Position numbers and translations under genes: made by a program. 50,341 nt of DNA from a virus (Duplodnaviria > Caudoviricetes): the IMG/VR virus record IMGVR_UViG_3300030419_000543, positions 1 through 50,341 of that record; one strand, written 5' to 3'. This document shows, one piece after another, positions 36,406 through 45,655 of the stretch. Position 1 is the stretch's first letter. Each line of letters starts with the position of its first letter. The notes beneath the pieces are model-generated. The model did no database searches, was not told the origin of the DNA, and saw only the letters and a program-made list of their open reading frames with translations.

Positions 36406-38784
36406 ATGGCTGAACAAGACGAAGCACTGTTAAAATTCATGCAAAGAGGTTACACTCCAGACTCTTTCACTGTAGACGAGTATTCTGGTAGAAAAGTAAT
36501 CAATCCTTCAAAGTTTACACTTGGAGATGCAGAGATTCATTATAGTTATGATAGAGTAGGTAAAGGAGATGTTAGAGCAAAGTTAACAAGATTTGGCTCT
36601 TCTCAAAGATTACTTGGTTCGATGACAATAGAAGATATAGCAAAAGACCCTAAAAGATTTAGAGATGCAGTTCTTTTAGCTGTAACAGAAGATAAAAGAG
36701 CTAATACTCCTGAGAAAAAAGAAAAATTACGTGCTAAAATATTTGCCGAAACAAGAGTTATACTGGCTGAAATAAGAAAGGCTGTACCTCGTGAATACAT
36801 AGATACTGTAACTAAAGCTCTACCTCTTGAAGACCCTAATGCACCTGAAACGATTGCTTTCTATGGAGAAGAGAGAACTAAAGCAATTAAAGGTGAAGCG
36901 AATCTTCCTATAAGAGATACACCAGAAAATATAAGGACTTGGTTCAATGGTTTAGATAAACACGCAACAGACGTTCAATCAGATGCTGTATTAGTAGATG
37001 CTATTAAATATGGAGCTAATACAGGTGTACGTCCAAGTTTAATTACAAAATTAAAATTAAAAAATATACAGGTTCTAAAGAATGGTGAAGTCTGGTTACG
37101 TGTTCCACCAGAGACTACAGGAGCTAAACAGAAACATACTAGGGCTGGTGGTGGTGGTCAAGAAAAGAAAATAAGGTTGATACGTGTCCCTGTTAATTCA
37201 GAAGCTGCTGCTATCTTATTAGAAAGAAAAGCGGCAGTAGAAGAAAGGTACGCAGGATTATCCCGAAGAGAAATGATGAATAAAAATGTATTTTGGATGT
37301 CGGAAGTTGATGCTAAAGACCCGACAAAAATTAAAATGCGTGATATAAAAACCGATGATCTAGATCGTGTGTTATCTACAGTAGAAGTTCCTGATGGACT
37401 TGTAGAAAATTTAGATGAATTTGATTACGATGAATTAAAAGGAAAAACGTATTCTACGCTACATATAGATAATCCAGACAGAGCTAAGACCGGGACAGAA
37501 ATGTTGCGTAATATGCACACACACCTTGCCAAACAGGCAAACCTTGATCCACATGTGATAGATTATCTTCAAGCTAGAAAATCTCCAGAAAAAATAACAC
37601 ATATGGACTTAGGTTACTGGAAGCAAGCGAGTGACACTCCTGCACCTGAAGCACTTGTAAGAGAACTTTCTAAATTTGATGAATATTATAATAAAGTACA
37701 TGTTTCTTTAAGAAGTTATCCACCGGGAGAAGAAGGCAGAGCTTTAATACAACAAAAGTTAGATGCTGTTAGAGAAGGAATACTTTCTCAAGGATATGTA
37801 GAGCATCGTCAAGAATCAAGAGAAGCTAAAAAATCTATACAGGATGAACGTAAAAGAGTAGCCCAACTTGTTAGAGATAAATTAAAGATTACTGATCCTG
37901 AAAGAATAGATAGTATTACGGAAACTTTTAAAACAAGAAGTTCTCTTCAAGATGTAATTGATTATGTTAATGACCCTGAATCTCCACATAGAATAGAAAA
38001 ATATGATTTAACTACTGCTAGAGGATTACTTGCTGCAAAAGATGCAGAACGTAAAGCTTTCTCTAAAGCTTCTTTCCCCGGTGCTTTACGAGGCGATGCA
38101 GCAGCAGAAGCAGCAGCAGAGAAAGCAGAGAAAGGATATAAATATACAGGAGAAACTACTCCAGAGGGTACACCTCGTTTAACCGATACAGTCAGATCAA
38201 AAGTAGCTGCTTTTAGAGATAAGAGAAAGGCGGCGAATAAAGCTAAAAAAGAAAAAGATGCTGAAACAAGAGCATCTAGACGTATAGGAAAGACAATTTT
38301 AAGAACATCTCTTCCGTTTGTCGGCGCATACGCATTATTTGGAGAGGCTAAAGCAGAAGAAGCTTTTAGAGAAGAAGATGCAGGAGACTTATCCATCTCT
38401 GAATTAGATGAATCTATCGCTAGAGAAGAGAAATTTTACGCACAAGCACTAGAAGAAGCGTTCAGTCCTTCACCTTTTACTACGTATGATGCAGAGATGA
38501 TGGCAGAGGAAAAGGCAATTCAAAAACAACTTATGCAGACTCCTGAGTATCAGCAATTTGAACGTCAAGAAAGAGCAGAAGATGAGTCTAGAGCTTATGA
38601 TAGAGAATTAGGTTTATTAGACCCGTCTGGTGGATTTAGAAGCGTAGCACGTAGAGAAGAAGAACGACAAAGTGAGAAGCAAGAAGCTTTAGCTGCTAAG
38701 AAAGAAGATATTAGAGCAGCTAGATCATTACGAAGACCTAGAGATTTAGTAGAAGAATACTCAGGTTTTATTCCAACAACTTAA
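36406..38784 (+). CDS. Large protein with a tyrosine-recombinase-like domain and charged C-terminal extension
   Basis: NTGVRPS...LK..NI (R209), TGAK (K241), RVPV...A..IL, EMLR (R368), IDYLQAR (R391), MDLGY (Y404). Confidence 0.7.
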   Translation: MAEQDEALLKFMQRGYTPDSFTVDEYSGRKVINPSKFTLGDAEIHYSYDRVGKGDVRAKLTRFGSSQRLLGSMTIEDIAKDPKRFRDAVLLAVTEDKRANTPEKKEKLRAKIFAETRVILAEIRKAVPREYIDTVTKALPLEDPNAPETIAFYGEERTKAIKGEANLPIRDTPENIRTWFNGLDKHATDVQSDAVLVDAIKYGANTGVRPSLITKLKLKNIQVLKNGEVWLRVPPETTGAKQKHTRAGGGGQEKKIRLIRVPVNSEAAAILLERKAAVEERYAGLSRREMMNKNVFWMSEVDAKDPTKIKMRDIKTDDLDRVLSTVEVPDGLVENLDEFDYDELKGKTYSTLHIDNPDRAKTGTEMLRNMHTHLAKQANLDPHVIDYLQARKSPEKITHMDLGYWKQASDTPAPEALVRELSKFDEYYNKVHVSLRSYPPGEEGRALIQQKLDAVREGILSQGYVEHRQESREAKKSIQDERKRVAQLVRDKLKITDPERIDSITETFKTRSSLQDVIDYVNDPESPHRIEKYDLTTARGLLAAKDAERKAFSKASFPGALRGDAAAEAAAEKAEKGYKYTGETTPEGTPRLTDTVRSKVAAFRDKRKAANKAKKEKDAETRASRRIGKTILRTSLPFVGAYALFGEAKAEEAFREEDAGDLSISELDESIAREEKFYAQALEEAFSPSPFTTYDAEMMAEEKAIQKQLMQTPEYQQFERQERAEDESRAYDRELGLLDPSGGFRSVARREEERQSEKQEALAAKKEDIRAARSLRRPRDLVEEYSGFIPTT

Positions 38785-38817
38785 TAATCACAACAACCTT
38801 AGAGAAGGAGAAAGACT

Positions 38818-39045
38818 ATGCCAGCAGGTAATAAGCATATGTACGGAAAAGGTTACATCATGGGTCAGATGAGCAAGCAAGGCGAGTTCTCTGATGCGAA
38901 AGAAGCTAACCTCTACCGTGAGAAGAAAGAGTTTGGTGTCGGTACTAAGAACGGCGTACTTACTGAAGACTTCCCTTCGGAATCTGGTAATAAGCATATG
39001 GGCCAGAATTCGATGATAATGAATGCCTCTAAACAAGGAATCTAA
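38818..39045 (+). CDS. Small conserved putative virion protein
   Basis: AAGGAG RBS; YIMG...E..LYRE motif; GNKHM occurs twice. Confidence 0.65.
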   Translation: MPAGNKHMYGKGYIMGQMSKQGEFSDAKEANLYREKKEFGVGTKNGVLTEDFPSESGNKHMGQNSMIMNASKQGI

Positions 39046-39048
39046 ATC

Positions 39049-41169
39049 TTGGCCGATGATGACGTAATTGTAGATCAGGAGATGCAAGAAGTTCCTGAAG
39101 CCGAAGCTGCTACGGGAATTATAGGGACTATTATGGAACGGTTTCGCAATGCGGAATCGGGAAGACAACTAGAAGAAGCTCGTTGGTTAAAAGCCTATAA
39201 GAACTATCGTGGTGTCTACGACTCTACTACACAATACCGTAGCAATGAACGTAGTCAGGTCTTCATTAAGATTACGAAGACAAAAGTCCTAGCAGCTTAC
39301 GGACAGATCATAGACATCTTATTCGCTAACAATAAGTTCCCTATCGCAGTAGAGTCAACTCCGATGCCTTTCGGTATAGATGAATTCGCTCATCTTAGTA
39401 AGGTTCCGATAGAAGAAGATACTGATCCTTATGGTTTCGAAGGTGATGATAGAGAATTATTACCGGGAGCAATGGAGGCTACGCCTAAAGGTCCGAAGGC
39501 TGCAGAACTAGGTGGTCTAGCAGATATGTACGAAGGTGCTAATTTGGCTTCAGGACCAGCTAAGATGGCAGAGCCACAAATATCTCCTGCAGCAGAGGCT
39601 GCGCGTACGATGGAGAAGTGTATACAAGATCAACTTCTCGACACTAGCGCAGTTACCGTTCTACGACACGCCATATTCGAATGCGCCTTATTAGGTACAG
39701 GTGTTGTTAAAGGTCCGTTCAATTACAATAAAACAGTTCATAATTGGACGCAAGGTGAAGAAGGGTCTAAGGAATACGCTCCTATAGATCGTACCGTACC
39801 TAGAATGGAAGCAGTTAGTTGTTGGGATTTCTATCCTGATCCTAGTGCTACTAGCATTAACGATGCGGAATACGTCATACAACGTCATCGAATGAACAGG
39901 GAGCAATTACGTGATCTTATTAATCGTCCACACTTCGATGCTGAAGCTATCAGCAATGTTCTCGCAGGTGGCCCTAACTATATGGAACGCTACTTCGAAT
40001 CTTCGCTACACGCTAACGAGGATGATCCTTCTTACGCGACTAATCGCTATGAAGTTTACGAGTATTGGGGTAATCTTGATAGTGCTTTGGCAGAAGACTT
40101 CGGAATGGATATGGAAGGTATTTCAGATGATTTGGAATCCGTTCAGGTAAATGCTTGGATATGTGGTCAAGAGATACTACGCTTCGTAATCAATCCTTTT
40201 ATTCCTGCACGTATACCTTACCATTCTTTCCCTTACGAACTTAACCCTTACCAACTATTCGGTGTTGGTGTCGCAGAGAATATGGAAGATAGCCAGTTAT
40301 TGATGAATGGACACATTCGCATGGCAATAGATAACTTAGCTCTAGCAGGTCATCTAGTCTTCGATATTGACGAGACACAGTTAGTACCCGGTCAGTCTTA
40401 CGATGTCTATCCCGGTAAAGTATTCCGTAGGCAATCAGGTGTTACTGGCACTGCAGTCAATGCTATAAAGTTCCCTAGTACGGCTGGCGAGAATATGCAG
40501 ATGTACGATAAAGCTCGACAGTTATCTGACGAACAAACTGGTATACCTAGTATCATGCACGGACAAACTGGTGTTACTGGCACTGGTAGGACGGCTGCTG
40601 GTTTGAGTATGTTAATGTCGAGTGCGAGTTTAAGTGTTAAGACGGTAATAAAGAACATTGATGACTTTCTACTAAAACCACTAGGAGAGGCATTCTTCCA
40701 GTGGAATATGCAATTTAATGAGGAGACACCTGAGAAGATAGGTGACTTGGAGATTAAGCCTAAAGGAACTAGCGCAGTTATACAGAAGGAAGTCAGGACA
40801 CAACGCCTCACCACACTTCTACAGACTGTCTCTAATCCAATGTTAGCTCCATTCATCAAGATACCTAATCTAATAAGAGAATTGGCTATCAGTCAGGATA
40901 TTGATCCTGATGCGTTAGTAAATAATATTAATGACGCAGCCGTATTCGCAGAAGTATTGAGAGGGCTTAATGAACGAACTACAGGCGAAGATGCTACTGC
41001 CGCTGGTCAACAACCAACTGGCATGGGCGGCACTGGAGGAGTACCTAAAGGAACTGGTGGCGCACCACAGGCAACGGCTGGTGGTGGAGGAATCGGAGTC
41101 GGAAATGCGCCGACTGCAGGGGAAGCTGGCTTTACTGGAAACCTTGGTGGTTCTCAAGAAATCAACTAA
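39049..41169 (+). CDS. Portal protein
   Basis: RWLKAYKNYRG, FIKITKTKVLAAYGQI, LGTGVVKGP, WDFYPDP, YELNPY..FGVG, RTAAGLSMLM; TTG start. Confidence 0.93.
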   Translation: MADDDVIVDQEMQEVPEAEAATGIIGTIMERFRNAESGRQLEEARWLKAYKNYRGVYDSTTQYRSNERSQVFIKITKTKVLAAYGQIIDILFANNKFPIAVESTPMPFGIDEFAHLSKVPIEEDTDPYGFEGDDRELLPGAMEATPKGPKAAELGGLADMYEGANLASGPAKMAEPQISPAAEAARTMEKCIQDQLLDTSAVTVLRHAIFECALLGTGVVKGPFNYNKTVHNWTQGEEGSKEYAPIDRTVPRMEAVSCWDFYPDPSATSINDAEYVIQRHRMNREQLRDLINRPHFDAEAISNVLAGGPNYMERYFESSLHANEDDPSYATNRYEVYEYWGNLDSALAEDFGMDMEGISDDLESVQVNAWICGQEILRFVINPFIPARIPYHSFPYELNPYQLFGVGVAENMEDSQLLMNGHIRMAIDNLALAGHLVFDIDETQLVPGQSYDVYPGKVFRRQSGVTGTAVNAIKFPSTAGENMQMYDKARQLSDEQTGIPSIMHGQTGVTGTGRTAAGLSMLMSSASLSVKTVIKNIDDFLLKPLGEAFFQWNMQFNEETPEKIGDLEIKPKGTSAVIQKEVRTQRLTTLLQTVSNPMLAPFIKIPNLIRELAISQDIDPDALVNNINDAAVFAEVLRGLNERTTGEDATAAGQQPTGMGGTGGVPKGTGGAPQATAGGGGIGVGNAPTAGEAGFTGNLGGSQEIN

Positions 41170-41209
41170 TGATACGATAAAGGCACATAAGAAAATAAAA
41201 GATGGCTGA
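40970..41209 (+). CDS. Small helical protein overlapping the portal C-terminus
   Basis: GAGAGG RBS; LLPLVNN...W..L..Y...RLQGK..LL pattern typical of the gene following podovirus portals. Confidence 0.65.
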   Translation: MNELQAKMLLPLVNNQLAWAALEEYLKELVAHHRQRLVVEESESEMRRLQGKLALLETLVVLKKSTNDTIKAHKKIKDG

Positions 41210-43154
41210 GATACAGGAACAAACAGACCCCGGTTCGCCGGGAGACTATATGGAAGGGCCATTTCCTGAACCGGGAACAGGTGGCTATGAAGAACATTTT
41301 GATACTCCCTCTACGGGTCAACTAACCTCTGCTGACATCTTAGGTAAGATGCAAGCTGGACAGCCTTTATATCAAGGTGAGACATTACCTGATGTTCCGA
41401 TAGGTATGTCGGCTAAAGGATTCTACGGGCAATTTCCCGGTGGTGCTTCTGTATATTCACAAGCTCCTTTCCGAAGAGGTACGTACATGCCGATGTCGGC
41501 TCCTTCTACGTCTATCTTCGATCCTACAGGAGGTGGTGATGGAACGACAACTACACCACAAGAAGAAGCTCCTGTAGATACACAGATGGATTCTTTGATT
41601 CCTGATACGGATACAGAAGATGTGTTTCATGAAGATAGTGATATGGATATGGACTTATCTCTTTCTTCACCTACAATTGATGTAGATTTTGAATCTCCAG
41701 TAAATAATATAGATTTACCTGATAATCTGACAGAGTTATTAGAAGATGCAGCTAATTATCCTTACGTAGAGAATTTAAATAAAGTAATAACAACTGGAGT
41801 AAAAAATTTAAGTGATGGTATAGACAAAGGCGTAGATACATTTCACAAAGAGTTAAGTGATCTAGGAGATGAATTAGGTAGATTAATTGATGACCCGATA
41901 GGAGAAGTAGCAGCACATATTAAAGGAGAAATAGACGGTGTTCTAGAGTGGCTGAGTGATCCATTCTCTGCAGAAGGTCTGGATAAAGCAGCTTCTCAGA
42001 TTACAAAGGTCGTAGCGCAACAAATGATAAGTAATTTGTTCTCTCAAATGGGTCTTGGGATGGCTGCAGGGCCAGCAGCTTTCTTAGTTATAAACTTAAT
42101 TGGTGAGGGTACACAGATAGGAATGCCGGGAACAGTGTACGATGATGATGTTTATGATCCTAGTACGGCTAAGTCAACTACGATAGCAGGATATGATATG
42201 TTTGGTAGAGCAGTAAATGATCAAGGTAAACCTATACATGTAAATACTGGTCCTAATACTGGTTTACCAGCTTGGGGGTATGCGTTTAAATCTTTAGGTG
42301 CTATGATGTCATATCCACATTGGGATGGTTTAACAGATGACCAGAAACAAGATGCGATAGATAATTTTCAAGCAGAACAATATTCCCATGATTATGAGGG
42401 CGATTGGGACACATCTGGTTCTCACGATTTTGGTCTAACAATGGGACATTTAGAAGGTCTTCATGGTGAATACGATAGACCTGAAGCAGACAGTGGGGAT
42501 ATTGGCACTACACCTTCTACACCTTCTTCACAGATTCCTGATATGATAGAAATAGATACTTGGGAAAAACCACTCTACGTTACTCCTGTTTATGAAGGCA
42601 CAATAAAAGGAAAAGAAGGAGATGATCCTAAAGGTGGAGCAGGTGATGATAGACTTGGAGATGATCCATCTCCTTCTGACATAGATGTATCACAAGCACA
42701 AGTAGCAGATACACCTAGTGATGTTCACGTATATGGTGATCCTGATATGGGTGAAGATTCCGATGATCAATCTAGTGGCGAAGCAGGTGATGATAGCGGT
42801 AAGATAATCTGTACGATGATGAACCGTATGTACGGTCTAGGAGAATACCGTATCAAACAATGGCTCTTATATTCTAAACGCCATCTTAAAGATGAACATC
42901 AACTAGGATATCACAAACTATATTGCAACCTAGTAGCTAAGATGCCTACTAACAGAATACTAGCGAAGATACTATCCCACTTAGCAGATAAGCGCACAGA
43001 TGACATCGTAGCTGAGATGAAGGGTACTGAACGTAGTTGGCTAGGTAGATTCTATAGAGCTACCTTGATAGACGGACCTAGCTATATAGTAGGTACGATG
43101 ATAAAGAAGAATTGGCTTAAACCAGCAGATATTTCTGTATTACAAAAGATATAA
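41202..43154 (+). CDS. Acidic low-complexity putative virion protein with C-terminal KIICT domain
   Basis: Asp/Gly/Pro-rich body, central hydrophobic helix and basic C-terminal GKIICTMMN..YG..W..HQLGYH domain. Confidence 0.65.
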   Translation: MAEIQEQTDPGSPGDYMEGPFPEPGTGGYEEHFDTPSTGQLTSADILGKMQAGQPLYQGETLPDVPIGMSAKGFYGQFPGGASVYSQAPFRRGTYMPMSAPSTSIFDPTGGGDGTTTTPQEEAPVDTQMDSLIPDTDTEDVFHEDSDMDMDLSLSSPTIDVDFESPVNNIDLPDNLTELLEDAANYPYVENLNKVITTGVKNLSDGIDKGVDTFHKELSDLGDELGRLIDDPIGEVAAHIKGEIDGVLEWLSDPFSAEGLDKAASQITKVVAQQMISNLFSQMGLGMAAGPAAFLVINLIGEGTQIGMPGTVYDDDVYDPSTAKSTTIAGYDMFGRAVNDQGKPIHVNTGPNTGLPAWGYAFKSLGAMMSYPHWDGLTDDQKQDAIDNFQAEQYSHDYEGDWDTSGSHDFGLTMGHLEGLHGEYDRPEADSGDIGTTPSTPSSQIPDMIEIDTWEKPLYVTPVYEGTIKGKEGDDPKGGAGDDRLGDDPSPSDIDVSQAQVADTPSDVHVYGDPDMGEDSDDQSSGEAGDDSGKIICTMMNRMYGLGEYRIKQWLLYSKRHLKDEHQLGYHKLYCNLVAKMPTNRILAKILSHLADKRTDDIVAEMKGTERSWLGRFYRATLIDGPSYIVGTMIKKNWLKPADISVLQKI

Positions 43155-43167
43155 GGATGACATAAAG

Positions 43168-44103
43168 ATGGCACTAGCACCCGAAGAGATGCCAGCGGAA
43201 GGCTTCGCTGCACCAACTGCTCCCCCACCAATGGAAGGTGAAGGAGTGGATATAGGTATGATTAACGAGGCAGAAGCTATGCCCCCACAAGAAGGTGGAG
43301 AACAGTCAGTCGCTGATGATGTACCTATGGAAGCGGAAGAAGGGGATTATGTGTTACCCTACGAAACTGTCCTTTTACACGGCTTAAATCAACTTAACAG
43401 GTACGCTAAAGAGGCTATTAAGTTGGCTATGGAAAATAATGTCGATCTGACAGGCACTAATCTTGATCCTACTGATGACGTACCGATTAAGATCAGTAAT
43501 TACGAATACGTCATTCCTAAAGGCTTAGTACCTTTCTTCGGAGGTGGTAAGAAATACTTAGATAAGTTACGTAATGAAGGATTGGAGTTACGTAAACGTT
43601 TAGAAGAGGAAGGTCAAGGTGACGTAGCTGGTCAACAAGAAGCAGCCGCACCTGTAGGTGCTGCACCGCCAATGCCACAAGAACAAGGTTTCGCAGGAGG
43701 AGCTATGCCACCAATGGAAGGTGGAATGCCACCGCCACCGATGGAAGGAGCTATGCCACCACCACCACCTATGATGCAGAAAGGTGGGTTCGTGTTGTCA
43801 AAAGACAAGGAAGCTGAAATCTTAGAGAAAGATGAGCCACAAACTGCAGAACAACAACGTACTATGGCACAGCAACCTGCGATGATAACGCCAGATGGAA
43901 AAAGAGTTAAACAGGGCTTCTCCGCACCATCAGGCTACGCCCACGGTGGAGAGATACACGAGGGATTGGGTTTCGAATCTAAAGATATTACTCCTGCGAA
44001 TGTAGGACAGATGCGACAGAATGCAGAAGATGCTTTGAATATACTGAAAGGTTACGAGAAGTCCTTCGCAAGTAAGCAACGTACGGATGAGAGATTAGCG
44101 TAG
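43168..44103 (+). CDS. Pro/Met-rich putative virion protein with two DDVP..[DE]YV units and two xxGG motifs
   Basis: ADDVPMEAEEGDYVLP, TDDVPIKISNYEYVIP, MQKGGFV, YAHGGEI. Confidence 0.7.
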   Translation: MALAPEEMPAEGFAAPTAPPPMEGEGVDIGMINEAEAMPPQEGGEQSVADDVPMEAEEGDYVLPYETVLLHGLNQLNRYAKEAIKLAMENNVDLTGTNLDPTDDVPIKISNYEYVIPKGLVPFFGGGKKYLDKLRNEGLELRKRLEEEGQGDVAGQQEAAAPVGAAPPMPQEQGFAGGAMPPMEGGMPPPPMEGAMPPPPPMMQKGGFVLSKDKEAEILEKDEPQTAEQQRTMAQQPAMITPDGKRVKQGFSAPSGYAHGGEIHEGLGFESKDITPANVGQMRQNAEDALNILKGYEKSFASKQRTDERLA

Positions 44104-44105
44104 TT

Positions 44106-44597
44106 ATGATTTCTGATAGTTTTATAGACTACTTGAAGAAAGTAGAGAATGGTGGAAAAGTAGGTTGGAATGAAGATGATTCCTTATGGCTACCGCATCC
44201 TTCTCCTGAAGGCGGTAATGATACTATTGGCTACGGTCATAAACTATTAGATGTCGAAGTCGATCAAGCTAATAAAGGTCTTACGGACGAAGAGGTAGAA
44301 GAGCTTCTAGTAGAGGACTTGTATGAAGCTTCTAGAGATTCGGAACATATCTTAAAAGATTACTTCGATGCTGATTACGATGAATTAAGCACTAATTCAC
44401 AAGAGATGTTAATTGACTTCGCATTTAATTTAGGTGGACACGGTTTACGTAAGTTCCCTAAATTCGTCAATGCCATTATAGAAGATGATATAGACACGAT
44501 GCGTAAAGAATATAAGAGATACTACACTGCTGGAAGCGGTGAGAGAAAAGAATTAAAGCAACGTAATGACGAGTTCTATACGTTGTTTTTAGCGTAG
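44106..44597 (+). CDS. GH24 (T4-type) lysozyme
   Basis: KKVEN...SPEGGNDTIGYGHKL, L.ED, DFAFNLG...L.KFPKF, R. Confidence 0.85.
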   Translation: MISDSFIDYLKKVENGGKVGWNEDDSLWLPHPSPEGGNDTIGYGHKLLDVEVDQANKGLTDEEVEELLVEDLYEASRDSEHILKDYFDADYDELSTNSQEMLIDFAFNLGGHGLRKFPKFVNAIIEDDIDTMRKEYKRYYTAGSGERKELKQRNDEFYTLFLA

Positions 44598-44674
44598 GCG
44601 GCTACCTGTAGAGATACGGCCCCGTCTTTCAACACACCTACCGATGGCAACCTGTACATACGTGTACAGCCCCA
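44596..44674 (+). promoter_or_regulatory. Tandem RNA hairpins with matching internal loops in the scaffold leader
   Basis: GG-CTAC-CTGTA-gaga-TACGG-CC-CC and GG-CAAC-CTGTACA-tacg-TGTACAG-CC-CC directly before the RBS. Confidence 0.65.
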
Positions 44675-44693
44675 ATAGAAGGAGAGGTAAATT

Positions 44694-45623
44694 ATGGTCG
44701 ATAATAATACTAACGAGGAGATTGAACGAGAAGAAGAACTAGAGCCTACCCCATATCAGAATAGATATAGGTCTAACTTAGAAGAACCTAAATTCGGTGA
44801 TGACGATCACGAAGTTGAATATGATGACCCCGTAGAGGCTACTCGTCAACAACTGGAAAAGAATAAAGGACTAGCTTCTAAGAAAAGCAACGGGGAAGAA
44901 CAAAGTCACGATTTCAAGAAGCGTTATGATGACTTAAAGCGTCATTATGATACTAAGTTAAACGAATGGAAACAAGAGAAAGAACTGCTTAGTGCTAAAC
45001 TTTCCGTAGAGGCAAAAAAACATGATATACAAGAGTTGCCCAAGACTGAAGAAGAGTTAAGCCAGTTCAAGGAAAAGTATCCTGACGTTTATGATGTAGT
45101 CGAGACTATTTCAACCCTACAAGCTAATGAACGTGTTAAAGATATTGAGGAGAGACTACACGATTTGCGACTTAAAGAGCAAGAAGCCGTAGTGCAGACT
45201 GCAGAGAAGCAACTTTTAAATGTCCATCCTGATTTCGAACTTCTTAAAGAGAATGATGTGTTCTTAAGTTGGCTTGACGAACAACCTAGTAGTATATCTG
45301 ATGGCATCTATAAGAATAATACAGATGTTAAATGGGCCGCACGAGTGATTGATCTGTTCAAGGCAGATAATAATATTAAACCTGTCAAGAATCGGAAGAG
45401 ATCGACTAAAAAAGGACCGAAATCTAGTCCATCTAGAAATGATTTAGCAGCGCAAGCTGTTACGAAGACGAATACTAAGATGTCTTTAGATCAATTCCAA
45501 GATGACAAAAAGGTTTGGTCAGTACAAGAGATATCACGACTCAAACCTGCTGAATATGAAAAGCTCGAAAAAGAAATTGATAGAGCAGTCAAAGAAGGTA
45601 GAGTCGTAGACTCTGTAGAGTAA
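44694..45623 (+). CDS. Capsid scaffolding protein
   Basis: FKKRYDDLKRHY, F..KYPDV, HPDF, C-terminal I..A..EGR; immediately upstream of the major capsid gene. Confidence 0.8.
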   Translation: MVDNNTNEEIEREEELEPTPYQNRYRSNLEEPKFGDDDHEVEYDDPVEATRQQLEKNKGLASKKSNGEEQSHDFKKRYDDLKRHYDTKLNEWKQEKELLSAKLSVEAKKHDIQELPKTEEELSQFKEKYPDVYDVVETISTLQANERVKDIEERLHDLRLKEQEAVVQTAEKQLLNVHPDFELLKENDVFLSWLDEQPSSISDGIYKNNTDVKWAARVIDLFKADNNIKPVKNRKRSTKKGPKSSPSRNDLAAQAVTKTNTKMSLDQFQDDKKVWSVQEISRLKPAEYEKLEKEIDRAVKEGRVVDSVE

Positions 45624-45655
45624 AAACAGCATTAGATAAATAAAGGGGAAAACAA

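Noticed and set aside
40438-40586. GGTGTTACTGGCACTG repeated within the portal gene
   Set aside because: Short in-frame GVTGT repeat within a conserved protein; no independent significance is evident.
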